Of a stretch of 64,000 nucleotides of DNA, positions 28,742 to 39,191 are shown piece after piece. Source of the DNA: Candidatus Spyradenecus sp. Lineage in GTDB: Bacteria > Verrucomicrobiota > Kiritimatiellia > RFP12 > DVOR01. Location: contig JAZUPT010000016.1 of assembly GCA_045605345.1 (NCBI GenBank), positions 4,363 through 68,362 of the forward strand, given 5' to 3'. A program made the position numbers and the translations under genes. Under the pieces are notes generated by a model. The model ran no database searches. It had not been told where the DNA came from and saw nothing but the letters and a program-made list of their open reading frames with translations. Every line of letters starts with the position of its first letter. The first letter of the stretch is position 1.

Positions 28742-31099
28742 ATGCAACTTCCAGAACTCCTTGCGCCCGCTGGGTCTTTTGATGCAGCCCTTGCCGCCTT
28801 TGCTTATGGTGCAGATGCGATTTATTTGGGGCTCTCTCGCTTCTCAGCGCGCGCGGATGCCGCCAATTTCTCCGATGATGAATTGGCTCAAATCGTTGCG
28901 TATGCCCGTAATCTTGAGCGCCCGCGCAAGGTGTATGTCACATTAAATACGTTGATTGAGGCACATGAGATGGAGGCGCTCTTACCCTCATTGGCGCTCT
29001 TAGAGAAGATTGCAATTGATGGCGTCATCGTGCAAGATCTTGGACTTGCCGCACGTATCCATCGCCAATTCCCCAAAATCCCACTCCATGCTTCCACGCA
29101 ATTGGCGTGTACCTCGCTTGCAGGAGCACGTGCATTAAAGGCGATGGGCTTTGTTCGCATTGTAACTGCGCGTGAATTAACTTTAGCAGAAGCCGCCGAA
29201 ATTGGTCGTAAGGCGGGGGTGGAGATTGAGGTTTTCGTTCATGGCGCACTCTGTTATAGCATCAGCGGGCTCTGCCTTTTCTCCTCGCTCACCACGGGCC
29301 GTAGTGGCAATCGTGGCCGTTGTGCCTACTGTTGCCGCCAACCCTTCCGCGAACTCAATCTTGCTACAGGCGAAACGGTCACGTGTCATCCCTTTTCCAT
29401 GCGCGATTTAGCGTTGATTGACTGCGGCGAGGCTTTACGCACACTCCCCTTGGCGAGCTTGAAAATTGAAGGGCGCATGAAGAATCCGCTCTATGTGGCG
29501 GCCGTAACTGATCTTTATCGTACCCTCTTAGATGGCAAGTTGACACCCGCCCTGCGCGCGAAAAAGACAGAAGACTTGCGCACCATCTTCTCTCGTCCGT
29601 GGACTACACTTTACGCGACCGACCTAAAAACACCCGTGGAGGCCATTATTGATCCGCTCTGTGTCGGACATCGCGGAGCGCCGATTGGCCGCGTCTTACG
29701 CGTGATGCGCGACACCGATGGGATTCGTTGGATGACCTTTGATACGATGCGCGCCATTGAGAAGCATGATGGGTTACAAATTGACCCACCCGAAGGCGGA
29801 CGCCCTATCGGCTTCGCGGTCTTGAAAATGCGTGACAACCGCACCAAAAAGAGCGCACTTTCATTGCCAGGCGGCACGCGTGTTGATGTGGCATTACCTC
29901 CTGACGTAAAGGAATTGCCGCATGGTGCAACGGTCTATTGTTCGGCATCGCAAGCAGTGCGTCGCGCCTTCCCCGTAACAAAGCCACGTAGCACTGAATT
30001 GCGTTCACTCAAACCCGCTGACCTCACACTGACCCTTTCGCCAAACGCCATCACCCTTTCCGGCAATGGCATAACCCTCTCCACGCCTGCCACCCTCACC
30101 CCCGCCAAGGATCCCTCGCGCACTGCGGAAGCGGCCCAGAAGTTATTGTCGCGATTGGGTGATGATGGCTTCTTCTTGCGTCGCCTCACCTTAAAGGACA
30201 ATGGACTCTTTTTGCCCGCAGGATTGCTCAATGCCACGCGTCGTGAATGGGCAGAAGCGGCCAGAGAAGCCGCAGAATGCACTGAAGCCCAACACCCTGA
30301 AGGTGCATCGCCTGCAGCCGAAATCAGGCCACGTACACCCGTCTCTGAAGCAACCTACACCCTCAAGGTGTCGGCATTGCAGCCTCCCTCCCTTTTAGGT
30401 GGAGAAATTCCTGCCCAGATTATAGTCGCCTTGGCGTCCGACACGACCATGAATGACCTCAAGCCGTGGCTTAATGCGGTCCCTTACGAACGACTTCGCT
30501 TTGCATTGCCGGTTGCATTGCGTGAAAAAGACATTGATGTCATGTGCGCTACCATTGGCGCACTCTTAGACAAAGGCTTTAGGAAGTTTGAGTGTGCCGA
30601 TTTAACCTCGTGGCAACTCCTACAAGATTGGTCACCCACTTGCGATGCCTTGGATATCACTGCCGACTGGACGTGGTACGCCATCAACCCAGACGCGGAG
30701 CAACGCCAACTCGCCTGTGGCATCACCGGTAATGTCTCCGGTCCCGAAGCCAACCTGCCCAATCTCACAGACTTGCCCTCAGTTCTCCCTAAAGAGATTC
30801 TCATTGCGCAGTATGCACCACAGTTTATTGCCTTTACGCGTCCTCACGCAGAAACGAATCTGCTCATTAATCGCGAAGGGAAGCGCCTGCGCATTGCCCG
30901 TCTAGGGTCACTTTGGATTACCTTTGATGAACGTCCTTGGTCGGCACAACGTCACCAATGCGAATTAATGCAAGCCGGCTTCGGCACCTTCCGCGTGGAC
31001 CTCTCTTGGGCTGGCACAGCCCTCCCCGTTGCCACCTGGCGCGACACGCTCGAAGCCCAAGAGATTCTCCCCGCCCACTTCTTCGAGCATCGATTATAA
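28742..31099 (+). CDS. peptidase U32 family protein with ~380-aa C-terminal extension
   Basis: The N-terminus LLAPAGSFDAALAAFAYGADAIYLGLSRFSARA and the CxxC cluster region (GRCAYCCRQPF) match U32 (RlhA/TrhP-like). Confidence 0.8.
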   Translation: MQLPELLAPAGSFDAALAAFAYGADAIYLGLSRFSARADAANFSDDELAQIVAYARNLERPRKVYVTLNTLIEAHEMEALLPSLALLEKIAIDGVIVQDLGLAARIHRQFPKIPLHASTQLACTSLAGARALKAMGFVRIVTARELTLAEAAEIGRKAGVEIEVFVHGALCYSISGLCLFSSLTTGRSGNRGRCAYCCRQPFRELNLATGETVTCHPFSMRDLALIDCGEALRTLPLASLKIEGRMKNPLYVAAVTDLYRTLLDGKLTPALRAKKTEDLRTIFSRPWTTLYATDLKTPVEAIIDPLCVGHRGAPIGRVLRVMRDTDGIRWMTFDTMRAIEKHDGLQIDPPEGGRPIGFAVLKMRDNRTKKSALSLPGGTRVDVALPPDVKELPHGATVYCSASQAVRRAFPVTKPRSTELRSLKPADLTLTLSPNAITLSGNGITLSTPATLTPAKDPSRTAEAAQKLLSRLGDDGFFLRRLTLKDNGLFLPAGLLNATRREWAEAAREAAECTEAQHPEGASPAAEIRPRTPVSEATYTLKVSALQPPSLLGGEIPAQIIVALASDTTMNDLKPWLNAVPYERLRFALPVALREKDIDVMCATIGALLDKGFRKFECADLTSWQLLQDWSPTCDALDITADWTWYAINPDAEQRQLACGITGNVSGPEANLPNLTDLPSVLPKEILIAQYAPQFIAFTRPHAETNLLINREGKRLRIARLGSLWITFDERPWSAQRHQCELMQAGFGTFRVDLSWAGTALPVATWRDTLEAQEILPAHFFEHRL

Positions 31100-31192
31100 C
31101 CGAAGCGTCATTAGCACCATTAGTCATGGCAAATCCATTGAACAATTCGGCTCTAATTTGTCTAGGTTGTCTCTACCAATGATGAATAAATT

Positions 31193-31223
31193 AAACGTGC
31201 TCGGGGAACACCTGAGCACGTTT
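31193..31223. terminator. bidirectional rho-independent terminator between convergent U32 gene and folE
   Basis: aaacgtgctc-ggggaacacct-gagcacgttt forms a 10-bp stem, flanked by an A-rich 5' side and a T-rich 3' side. Confidence 0.55.
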
Positions 31224-31247
31224 AAATTCATTCTTTTAACAAAATAT

Positions 31248-31817
31248 TTATCGGACGAGGCTCATGAATTCGGCGCGGACGCCGGCGTCTTCACGGAAGG
31301 AACCCAAGACTGAGGAGGTCACGGTGATGGCATTTTGCTTTTCCACACCGCGCATCATCATGCAAAGGTGGGCGCAATTCATCACCACGCCAACCCCTTC
31401 TGCCCCAGTAATCTCTTGAATCGCATGGGCAATTTCTTCGGTCAGGCGTTCCTGAATCTGTAATCGACGCGCAAAGCAGTCCACAATACGCGCCACCTTG
31501 CTGAGCCCGACCACCTTACCATTGGCGATATAGCCCACATGACAACGCCCATAGAAGGGCAAGAGATGATGCTCGCAAAGCGAGTAAATCTCAATGTCAC
31601 GCACAATCACCATGTTGTTCGCCGTTGACTCAAACACTGCGCCATTGAGTACTTCTTGCGGGGTCTGACGATATCCCTGCGTGAGATAGGTCATTGCCTT
31701 CGCCACACGATTAGGCGTCTTCAACAGACCTTCACGATCAGGATCTTCGCCCAACTCAATCAAAAGTTCTCGAACGAGCGATGCGATGCATTCTTGATTT
31801 GGTTCTTTCTTTAGCAT
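31248..31817 (-). CDS. folE: GTP cyclohydrolase I
   Basis: [30 protein letters not shown] and [11 protein letters not shown] match FolE. The start is placed at MLKKEP (31817) to avoid overlap with the upstream M24 peptidase; the ORF track extends to 31859. Confidence 0.85.
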   Translation of the reverse strand: MLKKEPNQECIASLVRELLIELGEDPDREGLLKTPNRVAKAMTYLTQGYRQTPQEVLNGAVFESTANNMVIVRDIEIYSLCEHHLLPFYGRCHVGYIANGKVVGLSKVARIVDCFARRLQIQERLTEEIAHAIQEITGAEGVGVVMNCAHLCMMMRGVEKQNAITVTSSVLGSFREDAGVRAEFMSLVR

Positions 31818-32890
31818 GGGATCACAATCTCGTGCGGGGTGTGAGAGAGCGATTCGCATCCATCTTCAGTGATGAGCAGCAAATCTTCGATACGAACACC
31901 TGTGTCTCCGGGGATGTAAATGCCGGGTTCATTGGTGATAATCATGCCAGGTTCAAGCACGGTTTCACAGGTAGCAGCGAAGGCTGGTTGTTCATGCACT
32001 TCCAGGCCCACGCTATGACCGAGCGAGTGGTCAAAGTATTCGCCATAGCCATAATCCTTGATGATATTGCGTGCCACTGCATCAATATCGCAACAACGCA
32101 CCCCAGGCTTCACCGCGGCCTTTGCGGCCAAGTTTGCTTCCAAGACAATCTTGTGAATTTCGCGGAAGCGCGCGGTGGGCGTCCCAAAGAACACGGTACG
32201 CGTCATGTCCGAACAGTAATCGTCGACCACCACACCCATGTCAATTAAGAGTTCGCTATTGGGTTGCAACACCGTCTCATCGGGTTGGTGATGACATTCC
32301 ACGGCATTGACACCTGCGCACAAAATCGGCGAGAAGGATTCGGTCAAACCACGTGCAGCGAGCTTCATGCGGAACTGACGCAACATCTCCAATTCGCTCA
32401 TACCCACCTTGAAGGTATCCATCAAATCGGCGAAGAGCGCGTCATTCGCTGCCGCGGAACGACGAATTGCATCGATTTCTCCAGCAGTCTTCACCGCACG
32501 AAGCGTGGAAACCATTGCCGAAATACTGACCCACTTCGCACCAGACATTGTCTCTTGAAGCGGCAAGAACTGTGCCACAGTAAGATTACCTTCGTAGCCA
32601 ATCGTCTTCCAAGACTTTGCCGCAGCAGCATAGTCTGCGAGTTGTTCCTTTGCAGGCTTGAACTTACGGATATCCATCCCCTTCAGCACGCGATGCGCCA
32701 CTTCAAGATAACGGAAGTCTGTGTAGAACACCGGCGCACCTTGTTGCTCAACCAAGAGCAAGCCATTGCTGGTGGTCAGGCCAGTGAAGTAGTTGCGATT
32801 GACGGTGGAATACAAGAAGACGGCATCCACATTCGCGGCGGTCATTGCCGCCTGAAGCTTTCCAATACGATTCAGATGTTCGTTATTCAT
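31811..32890 (-). CDS. Xaa-Pro aminopeptidase / M24 family metallopeptidase
   Basis: Creatinase-like N-terminal domain plus pita-bread metal ligands ([30 protein letters not shown]). Confidence 0.85.
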   Translation of the reverse strand: MNNEHLNRIGKLQAAMTAANVDAVFLYSTVNRNYFTGLTTSNGLLLVEQQGAPVFYTDFRYLEVAHRVLKGMDIRKFKPAKEQLADYAAAAKSWKTIGYEGNLTVAQFLPLQETMSGAKWVSISAMVSTLRAVKTAGEIDAIRRSAAANDALFADLMDTFKVGMSELEMLRQFRMKLAARGLTESFSPILCAGVNAVECHHQPDETVLQPNSELLIDMGVVVDDYCSDMTRTVFFGTPTARFREIHKIVLEANLAAKAAVKPGVRCCDIDAVARNIIKDYGYGEYFDHSLGHSVGLEVHEQPAFAATCETVLEPGMIITNEPGIYIPGDTGVRIEDLLLITEDGCESLSHTPHEIVIPC

Positions 32891-32971
32891 CGTTGCATTT
32901 GCCTTTCTGGAAAGAGCGGGCGGCGGGAGGTCCGCCGCCCTAATAAGGGTGGTAAACGCCCCGACGTGAAC

Positions 32972-34531
32972 TTAGTCCACGAAGAGGTTGTTTGCCGTCA
33001 TCTGCACGGGCTTTTCGAGACCGAGCAGGTCAATGCAAGCCACTGCGATGTCAGAGAGCTTACCATCGGCACGCATGGTACGCTTGTCAGCATCCTTAGC
33101 CACATAAATGCACTCCACCTTGTTAAGCGTGTGAGAGGTCTTAGGCATGCCGGTGACGTAGTCCACCATCTGTTCTGCGTTACCATGGTCTGCGGTAATG
33201 AGCACGTGAGCATCGAGTTCCAAGAGGCGTTCCACCACCTTGCCAACGCATTCATCCACGATTTCCACAGCCTTCGTAGCGGCGGCGAGGTCACCAGTGT
33301 GACCGACCATGTCGCAGTTAGCGTAGTTCACCACGATGAAACCATAGGGATTATCTTCCAAACGCTTGAGCAATTCGGTCGTGACGTTGTAAGCTTCCAT
33401 CTCGGGGTGAGAGGCGAAGGTTGCGGGGTCGAAACGGCTGGGCACGTCAACCTGATCTTCACCTTCGTAGGGCTTGGTGCTCTTACCATTGAAGAAGGAG
33501 GTCACATGACGGAACTTCTGCGTTTCTGCGATGCGGAGCTGACGGATACCCGCCTTGGAAACGACTTCGCCCAAGAGCATATCCATGCCACCGTCACCGC
33601 CCATCGCACCGAGCAAGTAGGCTTCGAATTCATCCCAGTAACGAGTGAAGCCGAGGAAGGTCACTGCCGGACGCACCGAGCGCGTACCAGCATAGTCATC
33701 GCACACAAAGGCCTGCGTAAGCTGAATTGCGCGGTCCTGACGATAGTTCGTGTGCATCACGCTATCGCCATCCTTCACACCTGCGTAGTCGCCGATGATG
33801 CAGCACGGAATGTATTCATCCGTCATTTCGGTACCATCGGGCGTCTTCAAATTGTCATAAGCATCCTTGACGGCATCTTCCACCTTCGCGTAGGGCTTGC
33901 CCTTCGCAGAGACGATGCATTCATAGGCTTCAGAGGTGAGCACCCAGTTCTTAGAACGATCCATGCCGTAGTAGCGGCCCATTGCGGTACCAATGACGCA
34001 ACCGCCCACTTCTGCCATCACCGTCTGGAGCTTGGCAAGATATTCGAGCGTAGAGCGCGGCGGGGTGTCACGACCATCGAGGAAGGGGTGAATCACGATG
34101 CGACCTTCAGGATATTCCTGACGGGCACGCTTCATAATCTTGAAGAGGTGTTCCTGGTGCGCATGCACACCTTCGTCCTGCAAGAGGCCCATCAAGTGGA
34201 GCTGAGAAGCGTTCTGCTTCCAGTTTGCGATGAGGGCCTCCCACTTGTCGCTCTTGAAGAGTTCGCCGCTCTTCAGACCGTCGTCAATACGCTTCAGTTC
34301 CTGTTCCACAATGCGGCCAGCGCCCATGTTCAAGTGGCCGACTTCAGAGGAGCCCTGATAACCGTCAGGCAAGCCCACTTCTTCGCCGGAGCACTCAATG
34401 CGGCACCAAGGATAACGCGTACGCAACGCATCAATCACCGGCGTCTTCGCGCTGAAGACAGAGTTGCCATCAAAACGGGGATTCATCCCCCAGCCATCGC
34501 GGATAATCAAACAAACAGGACGTTTCGACAT
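32972..34531 (-). CDS. gpmI: 2,3-bisphosphoglycerate-independent phosphoglycerate mutase
   Basis: MSKRPVCLIIRDGWG...SSEVGHLNMGAGR, C-terminal ADHGNAE. The start is set at MSKRPV (cat at 34529-34531, RBS ggaaaccgtt); the ORF track begins 105 nt further upstream. Confidence 0.9.
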   Translation of the reverse strand: MSKRPVCLIIRDGWGMNPRFDGNSVFSAKTPVIDALRTRYPWCRIECSGEEVGLPDGYQGSSEVGHLNMGAGRIVEQELKRIDDGLKSGELFKSDKWEALIANWKQNASQLHLMGLLQDEGVHAHQEHLFKIMKRARQEYPEGRIVIHPFLDGRDTPPRSTLEYLAKLQTVMAEVGGCVIGTAMGRYYGMDRSKNWVLTSEAYECIVSAKGKPYAKVEDAVKDAYDNLKTPDGTEMTDEYIPCCIIGDYAGVKDGDSVMHTNYRQDRAIQLTQAFVCDDYAGTRSVRPAVTFLGFTRYWDEFEAYLLGAMGGDGGMDMLLGEVVSKAGIRQLRIAETQKFRHVTSFFNGKSTKPYEGEDQVDVPSRFDPATFASHPEMEAYNVTTELLKRLEDNPYGFIVVNYANCDMVGHTGDLAAATKAVEIVDECVGKVVERLLELDAHVLITADHGNAEQMVDYVTGMPKTSHTLNKVECIYVAKDADKRTMRADGKLSDIAVACIDLLGLEKPVQMTANNLFVD

Positions 34532-34739
34532 AACGGTTTCCTTTCTGAAAATAAACATACTCATTATAGCAAATTCCGCCACACAATAAATCACTAAAAA
34601 AATCCTCCCTCCCCCCAAGGTGCACAAAGGTATCAAACACCCTCCACCGCTTCTCTATTGCGCCTAACACGCTGTCATTTTGCACGCGCTGAATTAAAAG
34701 TTACACATTGTATTGACGCACGTTAAGCAGACTTTGTGC

Positions 34740-34745
34740 TATACT
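34740..34745 (+). promoter_or_regulatory. putative extended -10 (tgtgcTATACT) for the MarC-family gene
   Basis: It lies 34 nt upstream of the ATG, with an AAGGAG RBS at 34768-34773. Confidence 0.35.
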
Positions 34746-34778
34746 TTTAACCATCTACTTATCTTTTAAGGAGAGGTC

Positions 34779-35447
34779 ATGACTGAAGCATTACTATTCG
34801 CTTGGGGCAACTTCGTAAAACTGTTCTTCCTGTTTTGTCCATTCTTCGTTCTCAACATGTTCCTCTCGCTGACAGAAGGTGCATCGCGAAAAGACAAGCG
34901 CTATGTCGCGGTACATGTCACGTATGTGGTGCTTGTCGTTGCCATCATCTCTTACTTCGCCGGCAATGTCTTTCTCAACCTCTTCGGCTTAGACTTAGAC
35001 GGATTCCGCATTGGTGCGGGTATTCTATTGATGATTATGGCACAAAAGTTGGCGCTCGGTAGCGACACCCCCACCGCCTCTTCGCGTCCCACGAGCGTTC
35101 GCGACATCATTGTAGTTCCCCTCGGCATTCCGATTATCATGGGCCCCGCCTGCGTTTCGCCGATTATCATTATCGGTGCTGAGGCATTAAAGGCTCCAGA
35201 TGTCTCTTGGTTTACCTTTGCCTTTGGCATTGTGGGCTTCTTTGGCGCGATTCTTGCGCTTGGCACGATTCTCTACTTCGCTGAAGCGTTAGAACGCATC
35301 TTTGGCAAAAATATCATCCGCATCTTCTCCAAAGTTTCTGGCGTCATCCTAATGGCGATGGCGGCCCAAATGATTGCCCGCGGCCTCTTTGCGTTCTTGG
35401 ACAAGTCCGCCGTTGGCGCAAAAATTCTTGAAACAATTACCCAATGA
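34779..35447 (+). CDS. MarC-family (UPF0056) integral membrane protein
   Basis: Six predicted TM segments and the FRIGAGILLMIMAQKLA motif typical of the MarC family. Confidence 0.65.
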   Translation: MTEALLFAWGNFVKLFFLFCPFFVLNMFLSLTEGASRKDKRYVAVHVTYVVLVVAIISYFAGNVFLNLFGLDLDGFRIGAGILLMIMAQKLALGSDTPTASSRPTSVRDIIVVPLGIPIIMGPACVSPIIIIGAEALKAPDVSWFTFAFGIVGFFGAILALGTILYFAEALERIFGKNIIRIFSKVSGVILMAMAAQMIARGLFAFLDKSAVGAKILETITQ

Positions 35448-36811
35448 ATGACTTTTCAGTAACACTCTCCGCCCGCACCTGGACCCTCAAGGCGGGCGAA
35501 CAATGGGTTGTCTCTGGCCCTGTCGGCAGTGGCAAAACCCTCCTCACCACCCAACTCGCCCGCCTCTATCCTGACGCCGCTTGCCTCGTCACCTTTGGAG
35601 ATCAAGCAAATGCCACAGGCAGTTCCTGGGCTGAAGCGCGTTATCACGCCTCGATTGAATACGATTTTCGCACAGTAGCCGATCGTCTGACCTACGAATC
35701 CATCCACTGCGTAAGCCCCTTTGAAGTGCGTCCGCCAGAGAAAAAGGAACGTGCCGAATTTAAACGGATGCGCGCCTGGCTTGATGATGCCCTACAGTTG
35801 ACGCCCCTCCTTAATTCTTGGACCGTACACTTGAGTAATGGCGAACACCGCCGTCTCCTTTTGGCCCGCGCCATCCTGCGCCAATCCCCCATCCTAATTT
35901 TGGATGACCCCTACGCAGGCCTTGATGAAGTCATGCGAGAGGCGCTCACCCAAACGCTCTCCACGCTTGTGAAAGAGGGACGCACCCTCATCTTAACCGT
36001 TCGCAACGAAGATGAAATCCCGCCCTTCATCACCCATCGCCTGCGCTTGGAAAACTGCGAAATTCGCTCGCAGGGTCGCTATCGTCCCCGTATTCAAGCG
36101 AGCAAAAAGCTCTCCTTCTCTCGGAATCCACCCGCATTAGACACGCCCTGCGTCCTTTCCATCCGTGCACTCTCGCACAAACCTGGCGGTCGCGAACTCT
36201 TCCACGACTTGGACTGGGAGGTCCACCAAGGGGAACGTTGGGTCATTACGGGCCCCAATGGTTCGGGTAAGACCACCCTTTTCTCTTTGATCGCAGGAGA
36301 CAATCCCTACGCTTACGCCTGCGACATTACTCGCTTCGGCCAAAAACTCGGCCCTGGCGTTCCGCTCTGGAAGATTCGCTCGCGCATTGCGAGTGTCTCC
36401 CCTGAAGCCCAGGCTGCGATTGATCCCACGCAGACCGTTGAAGCGGTCGTCTTTTCTGGCATTTTTACCAAAAATGGAGTCCGTAAGGCCCCCTCTTCGA
36501 CCCAACGCGCCACTGCGCGCCACCTCCTCACCACGTTGGGCCTCCACGAACGTCTCCATGACACCCTTGGCACCCTCTCTGCGGGATACATCCGCTTGGT
36601 GCTCATCATTCGTGCATTGGTCGCCGCGCCTGACCTCCTCCTCTTGGATGAGCCTTGCCTCAATCTTGAAACTGCCGAACGCAAAAAGCTCCTGCGCCTC
36701 ATCTCGCGCCTCTTGTGCGAAATCCCCACACTTACGGTGCTTTGTATCGCCCATCGTCCAGAACATATCCCCGAGGGCTTTGACCGCCACCTGCGCCTCG
36801 GCGCCCACTAA
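35444..36811 (+). CDS. ABC transporter ATP-binding protein with two tandem ABC domains (ModF-like)
   Basis: Walker A GPVGSGKT and GPNGSGKT, two LSxGxxR signatures (LSNGEHRR, LSAGYIRL), two Walker B (ILILDDP, LLLLDEP). It overlaps the MarC gene by 4 nt. Confidence 0.75.
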   Translation: MNDFSVTLSARTWTLKAGEQWVVSGPVGSGKTLLTTQLARLYPDAACLVTFGDQANATGSSWAEARYHASIEYDFRTVADRLTYESIHCVSPFEVRPPEKKERAEFKRMRAWLDDALQLTPLLNSWTVHLSNGEHRRLLLARAILRQSPILILDDPYAGLDEVMREALTQTLSTLVKEGRTLILTVRNEDEIPPFITHRLRLENCEIRSQGRYRPRIQASKKLSFSRNPPALDTPCVLSIRALSHKPGGRELFHDLDWEVHQGERWVITGPNGSGKTTLFSLIAGDNPYAYACDITRFGQKLGPGVPLWKIRSRIASVSPEAQAAIDPTQTVEAVVFSGIFTKNGVRKAPSSTQRATARHLLTTLGLHERLHDTLGTLSAGYIRLVLIIRALVAAPDLLLLDEPCLNLETAERKKLLRLISRLLCEIPTLTVLCIAHRPEHIPEGFDRHLRLGAH

Positions 36812-36822
36812 TCCACCCACTT

Positions 36823-38100
36823 ATGCTCGATACGCTCCAAATCACCGAACTCTCCAACGGCATCAAAGTCGTCTCCCTTGAAAAGCCCAACGCCGAAAGC
36901 GTCCAAGTCGCCATTCATGCGCGCGTGGGCAGCCGCAACGAAACCGAAGCGCAAAACGGTGCCAGCCACTTCATTGAACACATGCTCTTCAAAGGCACCG
37001 CCAAGCGTAACGCAAAGGCAATCTCCCAAGCTATTGAGGGCCAAGGCGGCTCCATCAATGCCTTCACGGATAAAGATAACACCTGCTACTACGCCAAGGT
37101 CCCCTACGACCGCGCCCTCGCCGCCCTTGAAGTCCTCGGCGACCTCTACTACAACTCGACCTTTGATGAAAAAGAACTCAACCGCGAACGGCAAGTCATC
37201 GCCGAAGAGATTCTTATGTACGATGACCAACCCGATAGCGTCGCCATGGATCGACTCGGTAGCCAACTCTGGTCTGGCCACCCCCTCGGGCGTCCCATCC
37301 TCGGCTCCCTTGAAAATGTCCTCAATATCCCCCGCGAAACCTTGTTGAACTACCGCGCATCACAGTACGCCCCCTCCAGGACGGTCTTCTCCTTCGCCGG
37401 CAGAATCTCCCACGAAAAGTGCGTCAGGGCAGTTGAGAAACTCGCGGGACATCTCCGTAATCCTACCACCCTGCGCGCCCCCGAGCCCTTCTCCCGCGCC
37501 TGCCCCCAAGACTCTCTCACCATCACCCGCCGCGCAATCCAACAGACCCAACTCGCCTTCGGATGGCGCGCTCCCGGCCTCTTAGAGTCCTCCCGCCTCC
37601 CCGCGCTTTCTTTTCTCTCCTGCGCACTCGGCGAAACCATGATGTCGCGCCTCTTCCAAAACATCCGCGAACGCAAGGGCCTCTGCTATAGCGTAACCAG
37701 TGGCACCACCCTCTGCCTAGACTGCGGCGCCCTCTTAATTACCGCAGGATGCGATGCGGCAAAGGCGGCCAACTGCACCAAATCAATCCTCGCAGAAATT
37801 CGCAAAATCATTGAAAAGCCCCTTCCTGCCGCTGAACTCCGTCGTACGCGCGACTACCTCTGCGGACGCTTCCGCCTACGCATGGACGGCGCCCCCATCG
37901 GCTGGGCTGCAGGTCGCGTCCTCTTCGGTCTCCCCCCCGACCCCGAAGCCATCCTCGAAGGATTTAGAAATGTCACCGCGGCAGACATCCAAACCCTCGC
38001 GGCCGAAATCCTCACCCCCGAGCGCCTCTCCCTCGCCGTCGTCACCCCCGAAAAAGACCGCCGTACCCCCACCACCTGGTCCAAATTAATGGACTACTAA
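36823..38100 (+). CDS. M16-family (pitrilysin/insulinase-like) zinc peptidase
   Basis: Inverted zinc motif HFIEHMLFKGT (HxxEH) and the downstream Glu region (NAFTDKDNTCYY). Confidence 0.8.
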   Translation: MLDTLQITELSNGIKVVSLEKPNAESVQVAIHARVGSRNETEAQNGASHFIEHMLFKGTAKRNAKAISQAIEGQGGSINAFTDKDNTCYYAKVPYDRALAALEVLGDLYYNSTFDEKELNRERQVIAEEILMYDDQPDSVAMDRLGSQLWSGHPLGRPILGSLENVLNIPRETLLNYRASQYAPSRTVFSFAGRISHEKCVRAVEKLAGHLRNPTTLRAPEPFSRACPQDSLTITRRAIQQTQLAFGWRAPGLLESSRLPALSFLSCALGETMMSRLFQNIRERKGLCYSVTSGTTLCLDCGALLITAGCDAAKAANCTKSILAEIRKIIEKPLPAAELRRTRDYLCGRFRLRMDGAPIGWAAGRVLFGLPPDPEAILEGFRNVTAADIQTLAAEILTPERLSLAVVTPEKDRRTPTTWSKLMDY

Positions 38101-38118
38101 GGCGAAACCCGCTACACA

Positions 38119-38669
38119 GCCGCTTATCTATCCCTCACCTATCTGAGCGGCAGGCCATCCTCCTCAAACAGCGCAACCTCATGCATCAGTGAAGGCGAAG
38201 TGAAGCGCTTTCTCCACTGAAGGGGCCCCATTAGGCGCCCGCGGCGAGGGGCTTATCTATCAATCACCTATCTGAGCGGCAGGCTGTTGCCTGCCTTATC
38301 TATCCTGAAGCAAGAAAGCCGCCATCGATGGATAATAAAAGCATAGAAGATAGATGAGACGGGATAGAGATAGATGAGACGGGCAACGGCCCGTCTGTCA
38401 GATAGGTTATGGATAGGTTATCAGATAGGTTATGGATAGATTATTTAAGGGGACTCGCAGGTGGTCGCCTCATGGTATCTGCGGCGCAGCCGCTTATCTA
38501 TCGATCACCTATCTGAGCGGCAGGCTGTTGCCTGCCTTATCTATCCCGAGGCAAGAAAGTTTCCATCAATGGATAGATAAAAGCATAGAAGATAGATGAG
38601 ACGGGATAGAGATAGATGAGACGGGCAACGGCCCGTCTGTCAGATAGGTTATGGATAGATTATTTAGGG
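38119..38669. repeat. tandem array of ~190-bp CTATC/GATAG-rich units (two near-identical full copies with 239-bp period, plus a partial third) in a convergent intergenic region
   Basis: Copy 38252-38450 and copy 38491-38669 are >95% identical. A partial copy lies at 38119-38175. Each unit has hairpin GGCAGGctgttGCCTGCC, hairpin AGACGGGCaacgGCCCGTCT, and direct GATAGATGAGACGGG x2 and CAGATAGGTTATGGATAG x2-3 motifs. Confidence 0.8.
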
Positions 38670-38821
38670 CTCCTCGCCACGCCACCACTTCACACTCTGA
38701 AGCTATCCTCCTCTCTATCACCGCGGCCTCGTGGCGAGACGGGGATGCGGCGCAGGACTGCATGTAAAGTTTCCGCTATCCAAATGGGCCCACGAAGGCT
38801 GTGGGACACGCGATGCGGGGA

Positions 38822-38852
38822 TAAAAAGAGAGCCGCATCCGAGGATGCGGCT
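38822..38852 (-). terminator. rho-independent terminator of acpP
   Basis: Minus strand reads agccgcatcc-tcg-ggatgcggct followed by ctctttttat, 30 nt after the acpP stop. Confidence 0.6.
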
Positions 38853-38882
38853 TGTTCTCTTCCGTACTTTGAGTACCAACGC

Positions 38883-39125
38883 TTATTCAGCGGTGATGCC
38901 CTTTTCCGTGAGGTACGAAATCACAGCGCCAACGGTGGTCAGCTTTTCTGCGTCTTCGTCCGGGATTTCTGCGCCGAATTCTTCTTCGAAGGCCATGATG
39001 AGTTCGACCTGGTCGAGGGAGTCAGCGTTGAGGTCATCGATGAAGGATGCTTCCGGAACGACCTGAGCGGCGTCCACACCAAGCTGATCGACGATGATGT
39101 CAGTGATTTTCTGTTCGAGGGACAT
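38883..39125 (-). CDS. acpP: acyl carrier protein
   Basis: MSLEQKI...LGVD...[21 protein letters not shown] carries the phosphopantetheine-Ser DSLD motif. Confidence 0.95.
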   Translation of the reverse strand: MSLEQKITDIIVDQLGVDAAQVVPEASFIDDLNADSLDQVELIMAFEEEFGAEIPDEDAEKLTTVGAVISYLTEKGITAE

Positions 39126-39191
39126 GTTATGTACTCCTTGGGTTGTTTAAGGTCCCGGCACCCGCCGGGACACGATGTTGTGAAAAAGTGA

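Noticed and set aside
32264-34597. 777-aa plus-strand ORF
   Set aside because: It runs antisense across the M24 peptidase and gpmI genes and the intergenic gap between them. It is His/Arg/Val-rich nonsense with no domain signature, and both sense genes are unambiguous.
36137-36820. 227-aa minus-strand ORF
   Set aside because: Antisense to the tandem-ABC ATPase gene, which has textbook Walker A, Walker B and signature motifs on the plus strand.
38119-38669. CRISPR array
   Set aside because: Units are ~190-240 bp, near-identical over their whole length with no short repeat plus variable spacer organisation. No cas genes are nearby.
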